A program made the position numbers and the translations under genes. The notes under the pieces are model-generated. The model was not told where the DNA came from, made no database searches, and saw only the letters and a program-made list of their open reading frames with translations. Of a stretch of 64,000 nucleotides of DNA, positions 39,591 to 48,481 are shown in pieces; the stretch's first letter is position 1; each line of letters opens with the position of its first letter. The DNA is taken from contig JBAZJY010000001.1 of NCBI GenBank assembly GCA_041651115.1, forward strand, positions 69,165-133,164, given 5' to 3'. This DNA comes from Candidatus Omnitrophota bacterium. Lineage in GTDB: Bacteria; Omnitrophota; Gorgyraeia; Gygaellales; Profunditerraquicolaceae.

Positions 39591-40678
39591 AACCTGCCAG
39601 GATACTTGTCGCTACCGGCGCAAGCGGAGGCCATATATTTCCGGCGCTGGCATTCCTTGAGGCGCTTAAAGATAAATATCCGCAAGCCAAAACGCTTTTA
39701 CTGCTGCCGGAAAAAAGCAAAACAAAGGTCCGCATTGACGAAGATGAATTTGATACCAGGTATATTTCTTTATCTTCTGTCAGCGCCGGCATAAACCGCG
39801 AAAGCATAAAAAGTTTTTTAGCCGCGATCAGGGGGATATTGCAAAGTATCCGCGCCTTGCTGAAATTCCATCCGGATATCGTAGTCGGTTTTGGCAGCGC
39901 TGCCAGTGTGCCCGCGGTAATTTTCGGCTGGCTGCTCAGGGCAAAAACGATCATACATGAACAAAATGTGATCCCCGGAAAAGCAACCCGGCTACTGGCG
40001 GAATTCAGCGATAAAATCGCTATTTCTTTTGAAGCGAGCCGCGGATATTTTAAGCGGCATCAGGATAAGATCGTGCTTACCGGAAATCCCTTGCGTAAGC
40101 AAATGGCGCCGGTAGCCAAAGACGCGGCATTGGGATACTTTAAATTTGATAAAAATAAATTGACCGTATTGGTTATGGGCGGCAGCCAGGGTAGCCGCAG
40201 GATAAACGAAGAATTCCTGAACGCGTTAACGCTGCTTTCGGACAAACAAAAGCTGCAGGTGATCCATTTGTCCGGCAGGCAGGATTATGTCCGCTTAAAA
40301 GAGCGGTATCAGGCATCCGGGGTAAGCTTTGCCTTATTTGATTTTTTCGGGCCGATGAATTACGCTTATTGCGCCGCTGATATTGCCTTGTCCAGGTCAG
40401 GCGCCACCACAGCCGCGGAGCTGATATTTTTTGCGCTGCCGGCAATGCTTTCGCCTTATCCTTACGCCTACGACCATCAGCATAAGAACGCAAAGGCGCT
40501 GGAAGAAAAAGGCTGCGCGTTTATCATTAAAGATCAGGATTTGAACCGTCAATTGCTAAAAGAAAAATTGGAAGCGCTGATCGCGGACCGTTCTTTGCTT
40601 GAGAAGATGCGCCGCAGTTACAGCGGCTTTAAGGTTGAGGATGCCGCCGGCTTGCTGGTAAAGGAGGCCTTGTCATGA
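39587..40678 (+). CDS. murG: UDP-N-acetylglucosamine--N-acetylmuramyl-(pentapeptide) pyrophosphoryl-undecaprenol N-acetylglucosamine transferase
   Basis: GT28 family (GGSGGHIFPALA ... MGGSQGS). Confidence 0.9.
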   Translation: MKPARILVATGASGGHIFPALAFLEALKDKYPQAKTLLLLPEKSKTKVRIDEDEFDTRYISLSSVSAGINRESIKSFLAAIRGILQSIRALLKFHPDIVVGFGSAASVPAVIFGWLLRAKTIIHEQNVIPGKATRLLAEFSDKIAISFEASRGYFKRHQDKIVLTGNPLRKQMAPVAKDAALGYFKFDKNKLTVLVMGGSQGSRRINEEFLNALTLLSDKQKLQVIHLSGRQDYVRLKERYQASGVSFALFDFFGPMNYAYCAADIALSRSGATTAAELIFFALPAMLSPYPYAYDHQHKNAKALEEKGCAFIIKDQDLNRQLLKEKLEALIADRSLLEKMRRSYSGFKVEDAAGLLVKEALS

Positions 40679-41454
40679 AAAGATTTTTTTTCGCGGTATT
40701 GGCCGTAAGCATTCTTTTTTATCCCTGCCTTTGCCGGGCAGAGGAAAAATGGAAGACTTCCAAAAGCACGCATTTTATAGTATACTTTAAAAACGCTCCG
40801 GAAAGTTTTATTGAGCAGTTGGTTGATAAAGCGGAATATTACTATGACCGGATCGCCGACAACCTCGGCTTTACGCGTTTTAATTTCTGGCTTTGGGATA
40901 ATCGCGCCAAGGTTTATATATACGACGACGCCAATGACTACCGCGTTTCCACCGGCCAGCCCGGCTGGTCCGCAGGCGCTGCGCGGCCGCGGGAAAAAAT
41001 AATCTATACTTATCCCTACGCGCAGGGGTTTTTTGAAACTATCCTGCCGCATGAAATGGGCCATATTATTTTTCGGGAGTTTGTGGGATTTGACAATCAT
41101 GCCATACCGGGTTGGCTTGACGAAGGCGTGGCGTCTTATCAGGAGAGCATGCGTTATTCCGCTGCCCTGGCGGTAGCAAAAAAGGCGGCGAGGGAAGGGG
41201 CGCTGATCCCGCTGGATAAGCTTGCGCAGATCAACCCGCAGTCGATCATTGACCAGTCTTCAGCGCAGCTTTATTATGCCGAGGCGATCAGCCTCGTAGA
41301 TTATTTAATCAAGGAGCATGGCAAGGATAATTTTGTGATCTTCTGCCAGAATTTACGCGATAAGAAGGACCTGCGCCAGTCGCTCTGCCTGGTCTATCCT
41401 TTTTCCGGGCTGCAGGACTTTGACGAAGCGTGGCAAAGATACCTTAAAAAATGA
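40675..41454 (+). CDS. Secreted HExxH zinc-metallopeptidase-like protein inserted between murG and murC
   Basis: A signal peptide and the motif LPHEMGHIIFREF with a downstream Glu. There is no counterpart in the canonical division-cell-wall cluster. Confidence 0.5.
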   Translation: MKRFFFAVLAVSILFYPCLCRAEEKWKTSKSTHFIVYFKNAPESFIEQLVDKAEYYYDRIADNLGFTRFNFWLWDNRAKVYIYDDANDYRVSTGQPGWSAGAARPREKIIYTYPYAQGFFETILPHEMGHIIFREFVGFDNHAIPGWLDEGVASYQESMRYSAALAVAKKAAREGALIPLDKLAQINPQSIIDQSSAQLYYAEAISLVDYLIKEHGKDNFVIFCQNLRDKKDLRQSLCLVYPFSGLQDFDEAWQRYLKK

Positions 41455-42836
41455 GCAAACACATTCATTTCATCGGCATTGGCGGCATTGGCATGAGCGG
41501 GATCGCGTTCATCCTGCTTAACCGGGGCGTGAAAGTAAGCGGCTCGGACGTGAAGAATACCAGGGTAACCGCCGGGCTTGCTGCTGCCGGAGCAAAAGTA
41601 TTTATCGGCCACAGCCCGGAGAATATCGGTATGGCGGATACAGTGGTTTATTCTTCCGCGGTAAAAGAAGATAACCCCGAGATGATTGAAGCGAGAAAGC
41701 GCGGCATACCCCTTATCAGGCGCGCGCAGGCGCTTGCCGGGTTAATGCAGGACAAGAAAGTCATTGCCGTAGCCGGCAGCCACGGTAAGACCACTACTAC
41801 TTCGCTTGTATCGCTTTTGCTTTCAGAGGCGGGCTTACGGCCCAGCGCGGCAATCGGCGGCATACTTAAAAACACGGATGCCAATACTTATTTCGGGGAC
41901 GGGGAATTTTTTGTTGCCGAGGCAGACGAATCCGACGGTTCTTTTCTTTATTACGATCCGCTCTATTCCATAATTACCAATATTGACCGTGAACACCTTG
42001 ATTATTACGGTAATTTTCAAAGCGAGTTGGACGCGTTCCGGCAGTTCATTGCCAAGACCAGGAATTCCGGCTGCATATTCTATTGCGCAGACGACGCGAA
42101 TTTAGAGAAGCTCGTGGGCCAGCATAAAGGAAGAAAGATCTCGTTCGGGCTTAACCCCGGAGCGGATATTTATCCGCTGGAGGTTAAAATGCAGGGGCTG
42201 GTTTCTTCTTTTGAATGCGCATATAAAGGTAAGCCGCTGGGAAGTTTCGGGCTTTCTTTAGCCGGGATACACAATGTTTCCAACGCGCTTTCCGTCATTG
42301 CCCTCGGCTTGGAGTTGGGCATAGATATAGAAACAATTAACAATACCCTCGTCGCGTATAAAGGTTCGGGCAGGCGCATGGAAGTCAGGTTCCGCAACAA
42401 CGATTATATGGTGATCGATGATTACGCGCATCATCCGACGGAAATAAGCGCTACTTTGCAGGCAGCCCGGAATATCGCGCCCGGCAGGCTGATCGCCGTA
42501 TTCCAGCCTCACCGCTATACGCGCACAAAGCTTTTATTGGATGAATTCGGCAGTTGTTTTGATCAGGCAGACCACGTGATTATCACGGATATCTATGCGG
42601 CAAGCGAGCCGGCCATAGAAGGGGTTTCCGGAATGAATATTTGCGAAAAGATCCGGCAGCGCAGGCCGCAAAAATCCGCGGCTTTTCTGCATAAAGAAGA
42701 ATTGCTCCCGGCAATACTTGGAATGCTCAAGGCCGGCGACCTTGTGGTCATGCTCGGCGCGGGGGATATTGTAAAGGTTTGCGATGAACTGGTGGGAGAA
42801 CTTAAGGGGCAGGGTCAGGCTCAAAGAGCCGCTTAA
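41451..42836 (+). CDS. murC: UDP-N-acetylmuramate--L-alanine ligase
   Basis: Mur ligase family (FIGIGGIGMSG ... VAGSHGKTTTT). Confidence 0.9.
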   Translation: MSKHIHFIGIGGIGMSGIAFILLNRGVKVSGSDVKNTRVTAGLAAAGAKVFIGHSPENIGMADTVVYSSAVKEDNPEMIEARKRGIPLIRRAQALAGLMQDKKVIAVAGSHGKTTTTSLVSLLLSEAGLRPSAAIGGILKNTDANTYFGDGEFFVAEADESDGSFLYYDPLYSIITNIDREHLDYYGNFQSELDAFRQFIAKTRNSGCIFYCADDANLEKLVGQHKGRKISFGLNPGADIYPLEVKMQGLVSSFECAYKGKPLGSFGLSLAGIHNVSNALSVIALGLELGIDIETINNTLVAYKGSGRRMEVRFRNNDYMVIDDYAHHPTEISATLQAARNIAPGRLIAVFQPHRYTRTKLLLDEFGSCFDQADHVIITDIYAASEPAIEGVSGMNICEKIRQRRPQKSAAFLHKEELLPAILGMLKAGDLVVMLGAGDIVKVCDELVGELKGQGQAQRAA

Positions 42837-43668
42837 GCTGCATACGACATTTAAGATCGGCGGCCCGGCAAAATATTTTATTGAACCGAGAGATGCCGTT
42901 GACCTGAAATTTCTGCTTGAGTCGGTAAAAAGCCGCAAGATCCCTTTAATGGTGATCGGGGCAGGCAGCAATATCCTTGTTGCTGACAGGGGCGTGAATG
43001 CCTGTGTGGTTAAATTAAGCCCGCAGGATTTCGGAAAAATCGATTTTAAGCCCGGGGGCTTCGTTGTTGGCGCGGGCTGCCCGCTTAACCGGGTGATCGC
43101 TGAATCAAAGAATCGCGGCGTTTCTTCTCTGGAGCTTTTGGCAGGCATACCCGGAACAGTAGGGGGCGCTCTGGTAATGAATGCGGGAGTGCCGGGAAAA
43201 AATATCGGCGATTTAGTTGAAGAAATCACGGTAATGGATTATAATGGTAAAGTAAAGCAGCTTAAGCGCAGTGAGGCGAAATTTACCTACCGCGGCTCAA
43301 AGCTCTCAAAATACATAATCCTGGCCGCTTCTTTCAGGTCGCGGCCTAAACGCGCGGAAGAGATCGCGGCAATGATCAGCAGCCGTTTGTCTATGCGCCG
43401 CGATAAACAGGAATGGTCTTTGCCTTCAGCAGGTTGCGTGTTTAAAAACCCGGCAGAAGAGATTTCCGCCGGCAGGCTGATAGACCTCTGCGGCCTTAAA
43501 GGCGAGCGCGCGGGCAACGCCGTTATTTCAGAAAAGCACGCGAATTTTATCGTTAACGCGGGAAGCGCAAGCGCCAGGGACGTTGCGCGGTTGATGCGCC
43601 TGGCGACGCGGCGGGTAAAAAATAAATTCAACATTGATTTGCAGCCGGAGATAAAAATATGGCGGTAG
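42784..43668 (+). CDS. murB: UDP-N-acetylenolpyruvoylglucosamine reductase
   Basis: FAD-binding MurB family (LHTTFKIGGPA ... GAGSN). Confidence 0.85.
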   Translation: MNWWENLRGRVRLKEPLKLHTTFKIGGPAKYFIEPRDAVDLKFLLESVKSRKIPLMVIGAGSNILVADRGVNACVVKLSPQDFGKIDFKPGGFVVGAGCPLNRVIAESKNRGVSSLELLAGIPGTVGGALVMNAGVPGKNIGDLVEEITVMDYNGKVKQLKRSEAKFTYRGSKLSKYIILAASFRSRPKRAEEIAAMISSRLSMRRDKQEWSLPSAGCVFKNPAEEISAGRLIDLCGLKGERAGNAVISEKHANFIVNAGSASARDVARLMRLATRRVKNKFNIDLQPEIKIWR

Positions 43669-44687
43669 ATGTAGCGAATTGCAGGTTACAAGTTCCGCCG
43701 CAGGCGGACCAGCCTACGGCTGGCACAAATCACGACGGCGAATGTTTCGGTAGGATCGGGGTCCTGATGGGCGGGCCGTCAACAGAAAGAGAGATTTCTT
43801 TAAAGTCCGGTAATGCCGTTTATGAAAGCTTAAAGGGGATCGGCCTTGACGTGATTGCCCTGGATATTAAGACTGCCGGCAGAGAAGAGAATCTGCATTT
43901 GATAAAATCTTCCGGCATAAGCTGCGCTTTTGTCGCCCTGCACGGATATTTCGGCGAAGACGGCAAGATCCAGGTGATCCTTGATGAAGCAGGCATACCG
44001 TATACCGGCTCAGGGGCCGAAGCCAGCAGGCTGGCAATGGATAAGGTTGCTTCCCGCGCGATATTCCAGGATAAGGGCATTAGGGTACCGCGTTCTGAAA
44101 TCGTGCTTAAAGATTCCAGTTTTTCTCCGGGTGATCTTTGCGCTGCGCTGGGCTTACCGCTGGTGGTTAAGCCTGCAACGCAAGGCTCAAGCGTCGGGCT
44201 TTCCATAGTAGATAAGGAACAGGATATGCCTGCGGCGCTTGCGTTGGCGCTTAGTTTTGATGAAAAAGCGATTGTGGAGGAATACATCCGCGGCCGCGAG
44301 CTGACCGTCGGCATATTAGAAGAGAAGGCCTTGCCGGTGGTAGAGATTATTCCGAAGCACAGGTTTTTTGATTTCGAGGCAAAATATCAATACGGATTGA
44401 CGGAATATATCGTGCCTGCCGAGCTGGACCCCACAGTAAGCCTGGAGCTTGCCGATAATGCGCTCCGGGCGCATAATGCGCTTGGCTGTTCCGGCTGTTC
44501 CCGCGTGGATATCATCCTGGCAAAAGGCAATACCCCTTTTGTGTTGGAGATCAACACTATTCCCGGATTAACGGCAACAAGCCTTTTACCGAAAGCGGCA
44601 AAAGCCGCGGGCATTGATTTTTCTCATCTTTGCGCTACCCTGATCCGGCTGGCATATGAAAAAGCGAAAAATAAAAGTACCCGTTAA
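43659..44687 (+). CDS. ddl: D-alanine--D-alanine ligase
   Basis: ATP-grasp Ddl family (VLMGGPSTEREISL ... GSSVG). The real start probably lies downstream of 43659, which would remove the roughly 30-aa N-terminal extension. Confidence 0.85.
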   Translation: MAVDVANCRLQVPPQADQPTAGTNHDGECFGRIGVLMGGPSTEREISLKSGNAVYESLKGIGLDVIALDIKTAGREENLHLIKSSGISCAFVALHGYFGEDGKIQVILDEAGIPYTGSGAEASRLAMDKVASRAIFQDKGIRVPRSEIVLKDSSFSPGDLCAALGLPLVVKPATQGSSVGLSIVDKEQDMPAALALALSFDEKAIVEEYIRGRELTVGILEEKALPVVEIIPKHRFFDFEAKYQYGLTEYIVPAELDPTVSLELADNALRAHNALGCSGCSRVDIILAKGNTPFVLEINTIPGLTATSLLPKAAKAAGIDFSHLCATLIRLAYEKAKNKSTR

Positions 44688-45450
44688 GCCGGCTGCCTCG
44701 GCTGCCGCGGTTGTACTTATTTTATTCATTTCTTTTAATCTGCTGGCGACCGCTGCGAGAAATTCCCGCCTCTTTATCGTGCGGGATGTGATCGTCAGAC
44801 AGGATATTGCTTCCGGGGAAAAGATCGACCTTTCTTTTCTTGCCGGCCGCAATATCATGGATATCAACCTGCAGGAGCAGGAGCGCAATATTACCAAGCT
44901 TTATCCGGGTTACAACCAGATCAAGCTTGTGCGTATATTTCCCGATCGGCTATTCGCGTATTTTATCAAGCGTAAGCCCGTGGCAGCCGTAAAACTGAAC
45001 CGTTATTTCTGCGTTGACGAAAACGCGGTATTATTTGATATGCCTGCGGCTGGGTCAGCGGCAAGCATAGAGCTTCCGGTTATCTACGGCCTCCAGGGAA
45101 AAATACCCGCTCCGCAGCCTGGCAGGAAATATAATGTCAGGGAACTGCTGCTTGCGGTGAATTTGACTAAGGTAGTAAAAAATAACCGCCAGCTGCGAGG
45201 GCTAAAGATAATACGCATTGACGTTACTAACCCGGCAAATGCCTCGCTTTCGGTATCGCTTCCTGCTATGGCGCAGGCCAAAGTTCCGGCAGGCATGGAG
45301 ATAAAAGTGGGGCAGGATTATCTGGCGGATAAAATGAATATCTTAGCCAGCCTGCTCATTCAGGGCAGGAGCGACTGGGATAATATAAAATATATTGATT
45401 TGAGATTTAAAGAACCGGTAATAAAATTTAAAGATAAGGCAAAAAAGTAA
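44656..45450 (+). CDS. ftsQ: Cell division protein FtsQ (POTRA domain)
   Basis: A basic N-terminus, one TM helix and a POTRA-like region. Canonical position between ddl and ftsA. Confidence 0.7.
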   Translation: MKKRKIKVPVKPAASAAAVVLILFISFNLLATAARNSRLFIVRDVIVRQDIASGEKIDLSFLAGRNIMDINLQEQERNITKLYPGYNQIKLVRIFPDRLFAYFIKRKPVAAVKLNRYFCVDENAVLFDMPAAGSAASIELPVIYGLQGKIPAPQPGRKYNVRELLLAVNLTKVVKNNRQLRGLKIIRIDVTNPANASLSVSLPAMAQAKVPAGMEIKVGQDYLADKMNILASLLIQGRSDWDNIKYIDLRFKEPVIKFKDKAKK

Positions 45451-45451
45451 A

Positions 45452-46708
45452 ATGTTTAAAAATTACATTTGCGGTGTGGACATCGGTTCAAGCAAGATCT
45501 CTGCGGTGCTGGCAAAATTTGACCGCAAGCGCATCAGCGGGCTTTATTTCGGGACAGTAGATTCCCGGGGCGTAAAAGCCGGGGCAGTCGTTGATTCAAT
45601 TGAATTGACCGGATGCATTGAACGCCTTCTTAAAAAATTAAAAGCCGATTCCGGCGTAAAGATCAAGGTGGTTTATTCCAATATCTCCGGCCATGACCTG
45701 ATTGTCAAGCACAGCCGGGCGATCCTGCCTTTGGCGGAAAGAGGCAACAAGGTTATCACCTTGTCGGATATTTATAAAGTCAATGATATGGCGCGTATAT
45801 TGGGCTCAAGCCTTGAAGAAGAGGTGATCCATCAAATGCCCTATGGCTACGCGATAGATTCCAAGAGCGACATCCTTAACCCCCTCGGCCTTTATAGCCA
45901 CAGGCTGGAGACCGACCTGCTGCTGATCTCCGCGCGAATGTCGTGCGTGCAAAGCGTGATCCGGGTGATCAACCAGGCCGGCTATGAGATCAAAGACCTG
46001 TTTTTTTCAGGCCTGGCTACTGCCAAGGCAGTGCTCGGCAAAAACTCCGGAGAAGGGATAAGCGCTGTCTGCGATATCGGCAGCGACGTTACAGAGTTAT
46101 TGATATTTCACGGCAACCTGCTTAAGGCCATTGAGATCCTGCCGCAGGGCGGCGATGACCTGACGCATGAGATCGCCGAAACGCTCAAAATTCCTTTTGA
46201 ACTTGCCGAGGAAGTAAAAAAATCCCACTCCAGCATTGGAGACTCCAGCCTTATAGATGAGAATAAGGAAATATTAATAAAGAAGAATAATATCTATAAG
46301 CCGATCAAACAAAGGGCGGTTTCGGAAATGGTTACTTCCCGGGCAAAGCAGCTTTGCCAAAATATCCGGGCGGCGATAGAAAAGACCGTTCCCGTAGATA
46401 ACTTGGATAATTTTATCGTTACCGGTAGGGCCGTGCTGCTGGACGGCCTTATGGAAGCGCTGGAAAATAATTTAGGAGTAACGGTCAAGCTTGGCCGGGC
46501 CAGCAATCCGGGAATCGCCCCTCTGGTAAACAGCTATGATGCGCTCGCAGGCCAGAAATACCTTGTTTATCTTACCTGCCTCGGCATAATCTGCCAGGTC
46601 ATACAGGCAGATGACCCCTATTTGTTGTCATCCAACCATCAACCTAGTCCAAATAAGCTCGTCAGGCTGCTGGACAGGGCTAAGGAAGTGTATCAGGAAT
46701 ACTTTTAA
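45452..46708 (+). CDS. ftsA: Cell division protein FtsA
   Basis: Actin-like ATPase fold (VDIGSSKISAV ... ). 418 aa. Confidence 0.9.
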   Translation: MFKNYICGVDIGSSKISAVLAKFDRKRISGLYFGTVDSRGVKAGAVVDSIELTGCIERLLKKLKADSGVKIKVVYSNISGHDLIVKHSRAILPLAERGNKVITLSDIYKVNDMARILGSSLEEEVIHQMPYGYAIDSKSDILNPLGLYSHRLETDLLLISARMSCVQSVIRVINQAGYEIKDLFFSGLATAKAVLGKNSGEGISAVCDIGSDVTELLIFHGNLLKAIEILPQGGDDLTHEIAETLKIPFELAEEVKKSHSSIGDSSLIDENKEILIKKNNIYKPIKQRAVSEMVTSRAKQLCQNIRAAIEKTVPVDNLDNFIVTGRAVLLDGLMEALENNLGVTVKLGRASNPGIAPLVNSYDALAGQKYLVYLTCLGIICQVIQADDPYLLSSNHQPSPNKLVRLLDRAKEVYQEYF

Positions 46709-46837
46709 ATGAGGCCATAACTTATGGAGCGTGTGAAAGCGCGAACATAAGTTATTGGGCCGAATTAATCCCGCAGCTGCGAGTAGGTCCCAACAGAACC
46801 TACGAGCTGCTTAGCTGCCGGGATCCACGTTATTTGA

Positions 46838-46865
46838 TTGACCCTGCCGGTTTGTTGTGTATAAT
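46838..46865 (+). promoter_or_regulatory. Candidate promoter (TTGACC-16-TATAAT) immediately upstream of yggS
   Basis: Hexamers at 46838-46843 and 46860-46865. The yggS GTG start is only about 9 nt downstream, which implies a very short leader. Confidence 0.45.
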
Positions 46866-46873
46866 AATGTATC

Positions 46874-47569
46874 GTGATAACAGAAAATATCGTCAGGATA
46901 CGGCAGAGGGTTGCCTCTGCCTGCTCGCGGGCAGGCCGGGCCCCTGCGTCAGTAACACTCGTTGCTGTTACTAAGAACCGCGGAGTGGAAGAAATAAAAG
47001 CGGCCATTACCAACGGCGTAACCGATATCGGTGAGAACCGGGTGCAGGAAGCCCTTTTGAAATACCAACACCTATCACCTGACACCTATCACCTAACACC
47101 TATAAGCTGGCATCTGGTTGGCCATTTGCAGACGAATAAAGCCAAAGAAGCAGTGGGGATTTTTGACCTGATCCATTCAGTGGACAGCCGGCGACTGGCA
47201 GAAGAGATTGATAAGCAGGCGTTAAAAATAAATAAGGTCCAGGATTGTTTGATTGAGGTTAATGTTTCCGGCGAAGCGTCAAAATTCGGGGTAAAGCCGG
47301 TTGCGGCAGCCGGGCTGATAAAAGAAATATCCGGATTGAAAAATATCAGCGTTAAAGGCCTGATGACAATCGCGCCGATGGCTGATGATCCGGAAAAAGC
47401 CAGGCCGTATTTCAGGCAGTTGAGAGAGCTTAGGGATAATATCAACACGCTTGGAATTTGGGATTTGAAATTTGGAATTTTATCAATGGGTATGACCGAC
47501 GATTTTGAAGTTGCAGTAGAAGAAGGCGCGACAATCGTCAGGATAGGCAGGGCGATATTTAAAGACTAA
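46874..47569 (+). CDS. yggS: YggS-family pyridoxal-phosphate homeostasis protein
   Basis: The alanine racemase N-terminal-like fold (LVAVTKNRG ... GENRVQE ... WHLVGHLQTNK). Confidence 0.85.
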   Translation: MITENIVRIRQRVASACSRAGRAPASVTLVAVTKNRGVEEIKAAITNGVTDIGENRVQEALLKYQHLSPDTYHLTPISWHLVGHLQTNKAKEAVGIFDLIHSVDSRRLAEEIDKQALKINKVQDCLIEVNVSGEASKFGVKPVAAAGLIKEISGLKNISVKGLMTIAPMADDPEKARPYFRQLRELRDNINTLGIWDLKFGILSMGMTDDFEVAVEEGATIVRIGRAIFKD

Positions 47570-47574
47570 GGGGT

Positions 47575-47648
47575 AGGGACGGTTCTCAGCCAAGGAGAAA
47601 AATGTCCCCGAATGGGGACACTTTTCCCTTGGACTGAGAACCGTCCCT
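47575..47648. repeat. 74-bp near-palindromic repeat element, copy 2 (between yggS and proC)
   Basis: Identical over 74/74 nt to 14606-14679. Confidence 0.85.
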
Positions 47649-47658
47649 AACTAAAGAA

Positions 47659-48480
47659 ATGAAAATTGGGATTATTGGTTACGGGAATATGGGCTCGGCA
47701 ATTGCCCGGCAGCTCAAAAACAATTATGAGGTATTGGTTTTTGATAAAGATAAGGCCAGGCTTGGCAGTGCTGACGGCATAGCCGCTACGGCGAGCATTG
47801 CCGAGCTCGTGGAAAAATCAGGGATCGTGATCCTGGCAGTTAAGCCGCAGGATTTTTCCGATGCTTTGGCGGCTATCAAGGCAGTTGCAAAAAATAAATT
47901 ATTCATTTCCATCGCTGCCGGAATAAGCGCAACGTACATTGAAGATGCGCTTGGTCAGGCAAGGGTGATCAGGACCATGCCGAATATGCCGGCAAAGATC
48001 GGAGAAAGCATGACCTGCCTGGCGCAGGGAAGATTTGCTACATTAGATGATCTTGATACCGCGGAAAACCTTTTTGAATATATGGGTGAAGTCTTGGTAA
48101 TTGAAGAAAATATGATGAACCAGGCTACGGCAATTTCGGGAAGCGGCCCGGCTTACGTGTGCAATTTCCTTGAATCGCAGGGGCTTGGCCCGGAGAATGT
48201 CCCGGACGATAAAAAGGCTTATTTCCTGGATATTTTTCAGAAGGCAGCGCGGGAATTGGGCTTCAGCGAGCATGACGCAAGGCTTTTGACAAAGGCGACA
48301 TTTAACGGGACTTTAAGTTTTTTGAAACGGGAAAAAATATCACCTGCGGAATTAAGAGAGCAAGTAACTTCCAAGGGTGGTACTACTGAAGCGGCGCTGG
48401 TAACATTAAATAAAGGCGGTTCTTTGGTTGATGCTGTTAAGGCCGCGGCTAAACGGGCGGAAGAGTTATCAAGGGGGTAA
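47659..48480 (+). CDS. proC: Pyrroline-5-carboxylate reductase
   Basis: A Rossmann motif (IGIIGYGNMGSAIA) and the P5CR C-terminal domain (SKGGTTEAAL). Confidence 0.85.
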   Translation: MKIGIIGYGNMGSAIARQLKNNYEVLVFDKDKARLGSADGIAATASIAELVEKSGIVILAVKPQDFSDALAAIKAVAKNKLFISIAAGISATYIEDALGQARVIRTMPNMPAKIGESMTCLAQGRFATLDDLDTAENLFEYMGEVLVIEENMMNQATAISGSGPAYVCNFLESQGLGPENVPDDKKAYFLDIFQKAARELGFSEHDARLLTKATFNGTLSFLKREKISPAELREQVTSKGGTTEAALVTLNKGGSLVDAVKAAAKRAEELSRG

Positions 48481-48481
48481 A

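Noticed and set aside
43659-43760. N-terminal roughly 30-aa extension of Ddl (MAVDVANCRLQVPPQADQPTAG...)
   Set aside because: It is unlike any Ddl N-terminus and overlaps the murB 3' end. The real start is likely downstream, near the conserved VLMGGPSTEREISL segment.
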